This document shows positions 1 to 11,780 of a stretch of DNA of 64,000 nt, one piece after another. The first letter of the stretch is position 1. Each line of letters opens with the position of its first letter. The notes below the pieces were generated by a model. It had not been told where the DNA came from. It did no database searches and was given only the letters and a program-made list of their open reading frames with translations. The position numbers were made by a program, and so were the translations under genes. This DNA is from Phyllosticta citribraziliensis (Eukaryota), in NCBI RefSeq assembly GCF_038025025.1, contig NW_027117340.1, positions 992,001 to 1,056,000 of the forward strand, written 5' to 3'.

Positions 1-372
1 TGATTTCTTTTGCTGGTACATTACGAAAGTGCCTGTGCCAATAAACGCAATGATTGCGGCAGTGATGGCGCGATTTCTTGATATCCAGTCCTGTGCGCGC
101 TCCAGGTAGCTCGACGAAGCGCTCACCACAGCGCGGGGCGGTGGCGATGGGCGTGCGGATCTGGGGAGCCATGTCGAATTTGCGAGCGTTTCCCGTATAG
201 ACGTGGCTACGGACTCGAAGTGCTTGTCTGTCGCGTCGGCGAGGTCTGCTGAAAATTTCCGAACGTCGCTGGAGACGCCCGCAAGCTGCGATGGCGAGGT
301 CAGCGCTGCGTAAATTCATGGCGCGGAAGGGAGTCGTACGACATGGAGAAAGTGCTGGTCGTCGCTGGTCAT
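1..372 (-). CDS. 5' part of a DUF1776-like fungal protein (runs off the window start)
   Basis: ATG at 372, exon MTSDDQHFLHV, intron 339-286 (GTACGA...GCTGAC...CAG), then an open frame LAGVSSDVRKFSADLADATDKHFESVATSIRETL...WISRNRAITAAIIAFIGTG. The N-terminus and hydrophobic stretch resemble fungal DUF1776 proteins (from memory). Confidence 0.6.
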
Positions 373-880
373 TGTGTCTGCAAGGACTCTGGAGTTAATT
401 CCTGAGGCGCAGTCGAGCGCGGCGGATAACTAGATGATGGGTGTGTTGGGGCGAGCATCGAAGGCGGACGGGAAGTCCACTTGCGTGGGTGGAGCCTATC
501 GCGAGGTGATCAAAGCGGAGCAACCTTCGTCATCCGTCACCCAAACTCCGCTTCCAGATTAGCTTCTGATCCCCGACCAGCACGTGAACGCGTAAACCGC
601 GTGTCTACAACCCAAGCCCCGTTGAGCTGTCGCCATCAAGTCTTGGTCGTTGAAGCCTTGACGAGTCCATTCGTGGCAATGTGAGATTGCTTACGTCGGC
701 TCCTCTCCAGTCACTTCGCTCTGCCTGAGGTGCCAACCTTTCTTTTGGGCGGCGCCTTCGCGTCGCCCGTTTCACCCTTCTTCTTCACCAGTCTACTGTT
801 CGACACTTCCGCTTCAACGCTGCTCGTCAAAATTTCCTTTCATCGTCCGTGGCCCGCCTCACAAGCATCCTCGTGTGACC

Positions 881-2419
881 ATGGCTCGAGGGCACGAGTT
901 TGATCCCCTCTTTGGGAACTTTGTGCACCTGCAGCATCTACCGCGGGCCAACGAAGCACAGCTCATGCTTAAGAAGCTTGCGTCTGTCGTCAAGCCCATC
1001 ATGCGCAAAAGAAACTGGAAAGTAGGTCAGCTTGGCGAGTTTCTGCCCGAACAGGCCAATCTGCTAGGTAAGCAAAGCTGCGCCCGACCTGCACTCCATG
1101 CGGCTTCGCTGACGTTGGCGCACAGGCTTGAATGTCAACCACGGCCAAAAAATATGGATTCGGCTTCGCTACCCAAACTCGACAAATCAGTTCATGGAAT
1201 ACGATGTAGTCGCCGACACGCTGCTTCACGAGTAAGTACGAGGTTGGAGTTGCCATAGCCTTTGCCGCTTTCCACCACGACTCGCGCTGTCAATCTCCTC
1301 GACCAGTTGAGGCCTGACTTGATTGCGCGCAAAGTTGCCAGCCGTTTTCAGAAACCTTGACCAGAACTCATCGCGAAGCTCTGCTAATCAAGGCATAGAC
1401 TGTCCCACAATGCCGTGGGCCCTCACAACGCGCAGTTCCACAAGCTGTGGAATGAACTGCGAGAAGAATACTGGGCTCTCAAGCGTCAAGGCTATACGGG
1501 AGAGGGCTTCCTTTCGGATGGCAACCGACTCGGCGGACGTCGCATACCTCTCCACGAAGCTCGCAGGCAAGCTCGCATTGCCGCTGAGAAGCGCAAGACA
1601 TTGAACACCGGCTCAGGCCAGAAGGTGGGTGGCAGGCCTGTCACTCGAGGAACCGAAATGCGCAAAGTGATCGCGGAGGCTGCTTCACGCCGCACCGAAA
1701 TAACAAAGGGATGCGGTCACGGTGATCGTGATGCAGAGAAGAGAGCAGAAGAGGAAGCGAAGAGGCTAGGATTCAGCACGAAGGCCGAGATGGAAGATGC
1801 CAACCAAATCGCCATCGCCATCGCCATGATGGAAGGAGAGCAAGACGCAGACCGAGCAGTCCTCCAGCAAATCGCATCACAGTCGAGAGAGGGATTGACG
1901 TGGTCGCCTGACGGGGGTCTGGAGATGGCTCCTCCACTACCGCCGAACAAGCCATCCAGCGCTCCGCCGTCCATTGCCTCTTCCTCCACCTCCAGCTCTT
2001 CTGCGCGTTCCAAGCGTCCAGTCTCTCGCCTGGTCGCCGAACCCAGCCGCAACAGACCTCGTCCGGCCGACATCATCGACCTGACCGACGACAGGCCTTC
2101 CAAGAAACCATCCTCTGTCATATCCCGCGCCTCTTCATCCTTTACAACACCCTCGACATGGACCTGTGAAATTTGCACCCTAGTCAACCAACCTACACAC
2201 CTCTGCTGCGACGCTTGCGGCGTCGAACGGCCCTCTCCGACCGAGATGCCGGCTTCAAAGGCGCGTAGCAGCACGGCGAGCGGCATCATGCATCCGCTAG
2301 ACCGCATCCCTCCGCCGCGCGAGAAACCGCTCGGATGGAACTGCATCGGATGTGGCACGTTCATGGAACAGCAGTGGTGGACATGTTCGGCCTGCGGCAT
2401 TCTACGACCAGACTCGTAG
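881..2419 (+). CDS. WSS1: WLM-domain metalloprotease (DNA-protein crosslink protease) with two C-terminal RanBP2-type zinc fingers
   Basis: Exons 881-1067, 1126-1231, 1399-2419. Contains VKPIMRKRNWKVGQLGEF and LLGLNVNHGQKIWIRLR. The HExxH motif LLHE|LSHNAVGPH spans intron 2. Zinc fingers WTCEICTLVN...CDAC and WNCIGC...WTCSAC. Confidence 0.93.
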
Positions 2420-2879
2420 ATTTTCAGGAAAAAGCCTTCTTTGCTGCGAAGACTTGCGACGACGGTACGGTACTACATCATGGCTTGTCGCTGGATGGGC
2501 CAGACAGATAGGGACAGGGATGATGGTAGGGAGGCTTTCTTGCTACGACGATACAGAACGGAACGACTTCATGGTTCATCACGCGACAGGCATGCTACGA
2601 ATAGACAAAGACAGATGAAAGGCCGAGTAGCATCACCACAATGATAAGATGATCTGGCAAACTGCAACCAACAACCTTCTGCTCGCATCCGGATACACAT
2701 ACTATGCAGTACCTATATCATCTCATCGCTTGGCAAACACCTGTTCTTCTCTGGCTGCCCCAGAACCATCCCATCCCACCGCACCCCGTTAATTTCCCCG
2801 AATCCTCATACAAGAAAGCTCACCAAGGCTCAAGCTCGAGCTCGATCTCAGTCCACGCATACACATTCAACGCCACCCG

Positions 2880-3850
2880 ACCACCCACAGCGGCCCGCGA
2901 GCCCGCTCCCGACTCCCGACTCCCTCCAACCCTCCACTCATCTCATCACCTTTCCTCCGGTCTCCATCCCTCCCGCCTCCATCCTTCCACCAGGTCAGCG
3001 TCGGTGGCCTTGCGCTGTCGCGTGCGGTGGCGACGCATGAATTACGGGTAGCCGGTCGACCGACTGGCTGGCTGGCTGGCTGGCTCGTTGTTACTTAGCG
3101 CGGGCGAGATTGCGGAGGCGGCGGCGAGGGCCGCTGACCGCGAAAGCGCGAGAGTGCTTGCGCTGTGATGCTGAGAATGCAATGTTGATTGCCTGCGGTG
3201 GTAGATGTTGTAGACGAGTACGAAAACGTCATATTGTGTACGGTGCTGTACGTACCGCAACCAACCCCACGCCATCCCACCCACCCACTGCCGGTTCCCT
3301 TCCACCACAAACCGAATCTCTCCCACCCAGGATTCATCCAAACTCTCAACCAAGCGCATGACCACCACCACCACCCAATGAACACACTTTGCCTCCGCCT
3401 CCCCTAGTCAGCGGCGAACCGCTCTCCCGGCGCAAATACGGACCTCAAGCCATGGGTTTTGATAAACGTTTTCTGGAAGCTGACCGCCCATTCTTACTTT
3501 TGGCGCGGCAGGCCACGTGCTCATTCGTTCGTTGCCTGAGACGTAAGGAAGCCCGGCGACATTGTCAGGTTTAGGGTTGCGGTCGGTCCGAGTGGATAGT
3601 CACTGTGCCCTGGTGCTGCTGTTTGGGGAACGGGAAGCGGCCGAGCGAGATGTGGTGCGGCTAATTATGGGCGTTAGGGCTGCGTTTGATTTCAGCGGGT
3701 TCTTCAGGGGGTTTGTTTAGGTGGTGGTGGTGGCCTGCTGGGATAGGTGACGTTTGTATATCCTTAGTGATGCCTGAGGACCAAAGATTGAGCTTGAGGG
3801 AGGCTTCAAGTCGTGCAGAAATAAAAAGTTTTTCGTATGTAGAGAATTCC
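2880..3850 (+). ncRNA. Probable spliced non-coding transcript (snoRNA-host-like) with structured introns
   Basis: Donors at 2994 (GTCAGC) and 3248 (GTACGT), acceptors at 3204 and 3677 (GCTAAT branch at 3660), AATAAA near 3820. No credible spliced ORF. Both long introns contain hairpins. Confidence 0.4.
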
Positions 3851-3995
3851 CACCAGACCAAACGCCACTGTTTTGTGCTCTAAAATAGCCACTTTTCTCA
3901 GATCGTTCACGTGAAATGAACACCATCGTCCGCCGCGCCGTCTGCAAATACAACCGGGGTATCACGCTCCAACAGCACCTTTGCGCTCTGGCTCC

Positions 3996-4839
3996 TTAAT
4001 ACCGCTTTCTTCCACCGCGCCCCCTCTTCCCCCGCGGCCAGCCGCCTCTTCCAAATTTACCTCCACGCATGACGCCGCCTTGCTCCTCGAAGCGTTCTCT
4101 CTCCCTCTCCTCCTCACGCCTCGCCTCCTCCTCCCTCATGGCGCGCTCCCTCTCAATCTCCTCGGCGCTCTTCTCCTGGCGCACCTCAGGCTTCTTCAAG
4201 TCGTCGGTCCACCTGGGATGCGCGCCCTCGGTGCAAGCCTTGCCGTGGGGACAGAAGCCGGCGAGGTAGAAGCGGCAGAAGCGGTCCTTGCGGACGTGCT
4301 TCTTTGCGCAGCGCGGGCCTAGCGGGCAGAAGCCGCGGTCGTAGTGCGGACACGGTGGGCGCTTGGATTCCGGGTCGATGTGCAGGTAGAGGCAGTCGTC
4401 ACCGTTGCTGCACGTCAGGTGGCGGCTGTAGTGGTTGCATTCGGGCATGCGGCGGAGGTTGTATTCGTGCAGGAACTCGCATGTCTCGCCCTTTTTGCAG
4501 AGGCCGCGCAGCCAGTGCTTGCAGACGAGGCTGTTGTGGAAAGAGCTGTTGTTGTGGCGAACATCGTTAGCTTTGCGCGTGCTTGTGCGCGTCGGCGCTT
4601 GGCCGGGGATGGGCCACGTACTTGTTTGAGGCTGACGAAGTGGGATGCTTGTCTGGACAGAGGTTCCCTAGGGGACAGTGGCCCTGCTTAAAGGCATTGC
4701 AGATGGGTCGGCTGGGGTCGAGGCCGAATCGGTGCTCGCGCTTGAGGTAGTCGAGGAAACCAAAGTTGAAGCGCACCGGGGTCGCCGGCTCGAGGACGCG
4801 CTGGACAATGGGGAAGTCGGTCGCCGTCTCGGCGGCCAT
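3996..4839 (-). CDS. YTH1: mRNA 3'-end processing CCCH zinc-finger protein (CPSF30/Yth1)
   Basis: ATG 4839 (MAAETATDF), intron 4621-4546. Five CCCH fingers including [30 protein letters not shown] and [15 protein letters not shown]. Confidence 0.95.
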
Positions 4840-5929
4840 GACGAGGGTGCTGGGTTGGTGTTTGGGGAGCTTTGGGCAAAGGCGTGCAGTTGGAGGACAC
4901 AGGCGCTGAGGTAATGATCTACGCGAGGACCGCCGCGCCGATGGCTGTTTCGCACGTGAAGGGAAGGGCGACTCGGGCAGGACCTGAACCAGCCAAAACC
5001 ACCCACCCGCCCGCCGGGCAAGACCCGATTCGAGGCTTGACGCACCATGACATGGCTCATTCCGAAATTCTGGCCATCGGATTGAGGCCTGCGACTGGAG
5101 AGGCTCTGACTGTCGCTCGCTCTTGCGTGGGGCCTCGTGTTGCTCCGCGGCCTGTTCTCCTCGTCCACATCTGCAACTCCCCAAAAGGCAGCTCACAGCA
5201 TCTCTGCTCCACCATCAGGCATCCACTTCTACTGCGCCTTGGAGAAGCGGAGAGGGTTTGGCTGAAGCGGCCCTCGCAAGCACAATGCCTGACGGCCCTC
5301 GCCTCGTGAACTGCTGCGTCCTCGGCTCCTCGCCGACAGCTTTTCATTCAAGGGCAACCCATGGCGACATTTGCATTTTGGGCGACAGGGAAGCCGTCAA
5401 CGGTCTCATCCCAGCCCTTTTTGCATCATTTCCCTCAAACACTTCGGCCTCCAGAGACGATCCGGTGATCAATCCGCCCAGCAGGGCGAGACTGCCATTG
5501 CAACTTGTACCTCGGAAAGTGGCAGATGGGGTCGAGTGTTCGTAATCTCAGCTCTCCGTTCGAGCCGGGCTCTGCGGATTCTGCTCACACCCGGACTGGA
5601 GTCTTTCGGCTGAGTAGAGTGCTGGCAGCATGTTGACCATGGCATTCTCGTCTACGCTGGATGGTGGTTTCGTCAAGGCCGTGAACCATCCCGACTAGGC
5701 GGATCATCTGCCGCGCATGGTAGGCCCGCACTGTCAACCTGAGCTTGGATGGGGACCCCAAGACCAAAGCTTGGATGAGAATGGCCGACAGAGGTTGGAC
5801 GGAAAAGCAGCCATATTAGACCATCATGTCCGTGGATTCTGCGAAGCGCTCAACTTGCCCGTGTTGGCTACCGCATACGACGCGCCGTCCCGCCGAGCTT
5901 CGCCCTGCACAGCCTGCTTACGGTTAGCC

Positions 5930-7194
5930 ATGCTCGGCATAGGCCCCCCCAAACCAAACACCCTCCTTCGCAGAGGCTACAACACCAACGAAGCCTACGA
6001 CCGTCTCTCTCCCCAAATCACAATGTACCTCAACGGCGTCTACTATCCCAATTGGCACATTTACAAGCAGCTGCCGCCGTCCTCGCTCAACTTCGACGTC
6101 ATCTCCCACGTCTTCTATTCCTTTGCTCACGTCAAGCCTGATGGCACCGTTTACCTGAGCGACGAGTGGGCTGATGACCAAATCGATGTCGACGGCACCA
6201 AGGGATGCCTGCGGGCTTTTGCTGCTCTCAAACAAAAGTACTCGATTCTTCGCGTTGTCTTATCCGTAGGCGGCGGCGGCGCAGGCAGCGAGCCTTTTGC
6301 TGCAGCTGCCAGCACCGACGAAACAAGACAACGATTCGCCGCAACTGCCAAAGATTTGGTGAACAAGTACAACTTGGATGGAATCGACAGTGCGTTTTGC
6401 CCGTTTCGTCTTGTTCTTCCCTGGCTCGTCGTACACTTCAAGTCACAGATCCACGTGGCTTCTTATTTTCTAGCATTCCAGACAGTTTCACGTCACTGTC
6501 CACAGAACTCTAACTGTCTGCAGTCGATTGGGAGCACCCAAGCGATTCTCACCAAGGCTCCAACTACGTCAAGCTTCTGGCCGCCATCCGGTCGTACATG
6601 CCTCCTCCAAAGTACACCTTGACGACTGCCTTGCCGGCAGGGCAGTGGGCTCTTCAGCACATCAACCTGGCTCAAGCCGCGTACTACTTGGATCTCATCA
6701 ATGTCATGACGTACGACTTTTCCGGCCCTTGGGTACCCAGCACAGAGCACCACGCTCAGCTCTTCTCCCCGCAGCGCCCTCACAATCAGCACTGCGCCAT
6801 CTCCTGCAACAGCGCGATTGACTACTTTGTCTCCCATGGCGTTCCTGCCAACAAGCTGCTTCTTGGCGTCCCTGCTTACGGGCGCTCATTCCTCAAATCA
6901 AAGGGGGTCGGACACAAGTACAGCGGGCACGCCGGTGAGGAGGGGACTTTTCTTTACAAGGACCTTCCGAGACCCGGCTCCAAAGAGTACGTCGATGAAA
7001 AGGTCGGAGCTGCATTCTGCGTAGGTGGTGACGGTGGATTTGTGACGTACGACAATGCGCAGACGGTGCGCATGAAGGCGCAGTACGTCAAGGGAAACGG
7101 TTTGGCGGGCATGTTTTACTGGACGGGGACGGGGGACAAGAGCGACGCGCAGGAGAGCTTGGTGTTTAATGGTTACCTTGGGATGCACAACTAG
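5930..7194 (+). CDS. GH18 chitinase with no obvious signal peptide (start 5930 or 6023)
   Basis: YYPNW, SHVFYSFA and VVLSVGG motifs. The catalytic LDGID|IDWEHP (DxxDxDxE) spans intron 6390-6523. Also INVMTYDF, LLLGVPAYGR and GLAGMFYW. Confidence 0.95.
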
Positions 7195-7678
7195 CGGATG
7201 CATAGAGGGATTCCAGGCGGCTGGGTCATGATTTCTCTGCATAGGTACATTTTAGGAGGACACATTTTGATGCATATATACCTTACGTAGATATCACGGC
7301 GAGGATGCCCTGTTTGCTATTATCTGCCGACTTTGTCCGGCGCATAAACTCAAACTCCAGATCTAGATGGAGCTGTTTCGACGACCACCTCTGGCAACTT
7401 ATTCCACTGCTCATGGTGTTGAGTTGTGCCTCGTGGCTCAGGCACAAGGCAAGGGAGCTTTGACGCGTCTCGGCCCCCTGCTCCAGCTCCGGCCCCGGTT
7501 TACCTCGCACGTCCGCAAGCTGTTCAAAGGAACGCCCCGCGCCATCAACTTAATTCTACCCCACGATCTGGATTAATTTCGACCTGCCAGCCCTCAACTT
7601 TCTCGATACTTGATCCAGCTTTGCTTCCGAGTATCTCACACCGCTGCGTTGTCGCCAATGCGAGCGTAGGCTGACCAT

Positions 7679-10398
7679 ATGTCGGCAGCAACGTCAGCGT
7701 CGCTCGACTCTGGTATTCGCCCGCCCCTGTTCAACACCATTGTGTCCCTCTGCCAGACAGAAGCTGATGCGCTAGCAAGCCGACTACAGTCCGATCGACC
7801 ACCTGAATCGAATCTTTTCGCACCCCACGACCCTCTCCTCCGTCGCTCCCACCTCCGCCGCCCTCCGCAACTACGAATATGACTTGGACGAGGATATCGC
7901 CGAAGCCGTCGAGGCCCAGACGGCCTCAGACGCTGAGAGCGTGCGACACATACAGAGCGCCAAGGCCGAGCTGGATGTTTTGTTCAAGAAGATTGACGAC
8001 GTGCGCGACCGCGCCGTGCAGACGGAGCAGAGCATCACGGAGATGACGGCCGACATCAAGCGACTGGACAACACCAAGCGCAACCTCACCTTGTCCATGA
8101 CTGCGCTGAAGCGATTGCAAATGTTGACGACTGCGTACGAGCAGTTGAGGGGTCTGAGCAAGACCAGGCAATACAGGGAGTGCGCGCAGCTACTGCAGGC
8201 CGTCATACAACTCGTCGCCCATTTCAAGAGCTACAGGTCAATCGATCAAATTGCGACATTGAGCAGAAACGTCGCCGAACTGCAAAGGGAGCTTCTCGAG
8301 CAGATTTGCGAGGACTTTGAGGTCACTTTTGCCAAAGGCGAGGTTGCGCAACGGCGAGGAATGCTGGCCGAGGCATGCATGGTAATGGACGCCCTGGGAG
8401 AGCACGCGCGGCAGCGCCTGGTGACGTGGTACTGCAACACGGAGCTGCGCGAATATCGCCAGGTCTTTCGGGGGAACGACGAGGCGGGCTCGTTGGACAA
8501 TATTTCCAGGAGATATTCTTGGTTCAACCGCATGCTCAAGACATACGACGGTGAACACGCCGTCTTGTTTCCACCCCACTGGAGAGTCAATGAGGTGCTC
8601 GCCAATGCCTTTTGTGAAGGTACACGAGAAGATTACAAGGGCATTCTCCAGCGCACCATGAGAGAAAGGGGGCAGACAATCGATGTCAACCTACTACTCT
8701 CGTGTCTGCAAGAGACGCTTGACTTTGAGCACAGTCTTGAAAGGCGCTTCTCGGGAGATTCTCGATCGTCGATGGATACAGTCGTCTCGAGAGAGGACCG
8801 ACCGCATACCTTTACGCAGGCCATATCGGAAGCGTTTGAGCCGTACATGAGTCTTTGGGTCGAATCCCAGGACAAGCAACTAGCCACTCTGATTCCCAAA
8901 TACCGCACCCAACCTCTCCGGAATCTCGAAGAAGATTTCTCCCCTCAAGGCGTCATACCGTCATCTACCGAGCTTTTCCACTTTTACCGGACCGCGCTTG
9001 CACAATGTGCAAAACTTTCCACTGGCATCCGGCTTCTTGACCTCTCCAGAACTTTTGCAAGGTACCTCGATCAATATGGGCAACAGGTCCTCTTTCATTT
9101 CCTCAAGGAAAGAACTTCTTTGGAGGAATTGATATTGATCCTCAACACTGCCGACTACTGCTACCAGACTTGCAATCAACTGGAGGAGAAGATACGCGGT
9201 CGTGTCGATGAGGAATACCGCAACAAGGTGGACCTCCAAAGTCAGGCGGATGCCTTTATGGGGATCGCGAGCGCTTGCGTCAGGACCCTTGTCGGCAAGG
9301 TGGAAATCGAGTGTGAGCCTGTCTGGCGGGAGATGCGCAACACGCCATGGAGCAAGCTCGACAGTGTGGGCGACCAGTCCAGCTATGTGGCGGAGCTGTT
9401 GAGGCACGTCAAGGAAAAGGCGTCGGAGATTTTGAAATATGTTCACAAACAGCAGTACGCTCGGGCATTCTGCGACAATCTCGTAGACTCGATGGTCAAC
9501 ACGTACATTCTCAGCCTTGTCCAATGCCGCCCGATTTCCGAGGTCGGCGCAGAGCAAATGCTACTGGACTCGTACGTCCTCAAGAAGGGCTTCACCGAGC
9601 TCCCCGTTCTCACGAGCGAAGACCAAAATGCTCAGCCTCCGGCAGCGTAAGTTCCATGCGCGGTCATCATTGCAAATCTAACCTCGACGCAGTTTTGTCA
9701 AACGCGTCAACGCGGCCATGTCTCGCCTAGACCCCCTCCTCAAAACCCTTCAAGTGCGGCCTTCGCCGCCAGAAGCCCTCGTCCAAGCCTACCTCATCCA
9801 CATTGCTGACCGCTCTGACGCCAATTTCCGCAAGATCCTCGACCTCAAAGGTATCCGGAAGACCGAGCAAGCCGCCCTCGTCGATCTCTTCGCCGCCCAC
9901 CGCCAGTCCCCCTCGCACGCCTCGCTGCCCACCAACTCGGCCCTCCTCACCCCACTTCAGGTCTCCTCGGGCGTCAGCGGCGCACTGGGTGTCGGAGGCG
10001 TCAGCGGCGCAAGCGTCGTAGGTCTCGGCGGCGGCGCGCAAAGCGGCGGACTCACCTCGTCGTCAACGAGCCGCTTTGACCCCGCGACGTTTGCATCAGG
10101 CATCATGAACGCCGCGCGCGACGGCGTGGACCGCTTCGGCCCCGTTGGCGTCGTCGGCGCCGGCCAAGCCATCCCGGCCATGATGCGCGATCAGAGCGGC
10201 AGCGGCGGTGCCTCCTCGCCTTCCGTCCCTGGAGGCGCAGCTCAGGGGCCTGGTGGCTCAGCCTTGTCCAACGATGCGGCGTCTGCGCCGGCGGGCGGAC
10301 CTGCGGCTAATCTGAATGAGAATTTGAGGAATATCGGCAAGTTCTTCCGTCGTGATGTTGGCACTTTTGGGCGCTTTGGCCGGACGGACGCGGGGTAG
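7679..10398 (+). CDS. VPS53: GARP complex subunit Vps53
   Basis: Exons about 7679-7712, 7780-9646, 9692-10398. Motifs DYSPIDHLN, MTADIKRLDNTKRNLTLSMTALKRLQMLTTAYEQL, EAGSLDNISRRYSWF and GAEQMLLD. Confidence 0.95.
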
Positions 10399-11021
10399 GC
10401 GATTCGAGGTTGGTTGCTCGTGGTGTCGGCTCGAAAGAAGGGTGTGCGAAAACGCAGTGGAGGAGAGTATGTTGGGTTTTGTTCCGATTTTTTTTTTCCC
10501 CCTACCGTGTATCAAATATACCTTTGTTAGACTTGAATTCGACAACAGGCTGAGTGGTGTGCGGACTGAAATGTGCAAGACTAAGGCTGTGGACAAGCAA
10601 GAGAAATGAGGAGAGGGGTTGAAGGGGTCAGTAAGTCCAACCGAAGTTGCTGATGACAGGCGCAACTTCACTCCACCGGTGGAAGAGGGAAGCGGAAACA
10701 AATAGCATATTGACCTTGATCGACAGATCCTAAGCATCTCGAAAGAGAGGAGAGCGAAGTCATTGCACAACGAGCAACTAGAAGAATGTCAGTTTAAAGG
10801 CCATGGCAAGATCTTTTTTACCAGAGCTTTACTTTCCCGGTTGGGTCCGCTTAGTAGAATGATCACTTGGATTGAGGAAGGGACAGGTATTGGATGAGAA
10901 ACTTGTATTGCCAAAGGGTACATGGCCTGCACATCAATATACAGATTCCGTGCGTTGACAGAAGGACATTAACCCCACGCTTCAACTCCACCACACTATC
11001 CGGTCTCGCCGTCTCCAGGAC

Positions 11022-11780
11022 TTAGCGACCACCACCCTTTCCACCACCCTTTCCGCCTCCCTGTCCACCTCCCTGTCCGCCTGAACGCGATGGAGGAGTA
11101 CACTAGCAATGTTAGACATGAACATGTTTGAATATCAGAACAGCGGACTTACCTGAAGACGGGTGACGACAAGAGCAGGGCCGCAGTCAAACGTCTCGCG
11201 AAGGTCACCGCAGTAAGCCTTCTCACCGTTCTCGAGCTCAAGATAAACACCCTCAATCTTGCTGCCGCCCTTCTCCTTCATGCACTTGTCGCTCTCGCCA
11301 TTGCTCGGGTCATCACCGTTATCCTTCTTCTTCGGGCACTTCTCCTCGTCGGGCGAGACTGTCGAATGAGGGTTGAGGGCCTCGCAGTTGAAGAAGCGGA
11401 CCTTGATATAGCGGCCCTGGTACTGGATGAGAGAGTCACGGGTGCACCAGGCGGTGTCACCCTTGCCGATGGTGGTTTTGGCGTTGCGGACGGGTTGGCC
11501 GCCGACCCAGGCCACGTAGCGGGTCTCGCCGTTCAAGCTGTCGAGAAGTCAATTTCTATTCTCACTATATTAATACGGGGTCCTGATGGACTTACGTCTC
11601 GAGACCAACGCGGTAGTCAAAATCCTTGACCTCCTCAGGGGGGATGATGTTCGGCTGGTCACCACTACCACCGCCGCCGCCCTTGCCCTTATCCTTTTCC
11701 TTCTTCTTCGAATCTTCTTGAGCGCTGGGCAGCGCGGCGGCGAGGCCGAGGAATGCCACGGAAGGAATGATCCACTTCAT
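11022..11780 (-). CDS. Small secreted protein (about 216 aa, 7 Cys) with Gly/Lys-rich ends; effector candidate
   Basis: Signal peptide MKWIIPSVAFLGLAAA. Introns 11595-11538 and 11152-11103 with GTAAGT donors. The last exon encodes CTPPSRSGGQGGGQGGGKGGGKGGGR followed by a stop. Confidence 0.8.

Noticed and set aside
3571..3580. CAACCCTAA on the minus strand as a telomerase RNA template
   Set aside because: Short match. The splice and polyA signals point to the plus strand, and I could not identify a pseudoknot or CR4/5 domain.
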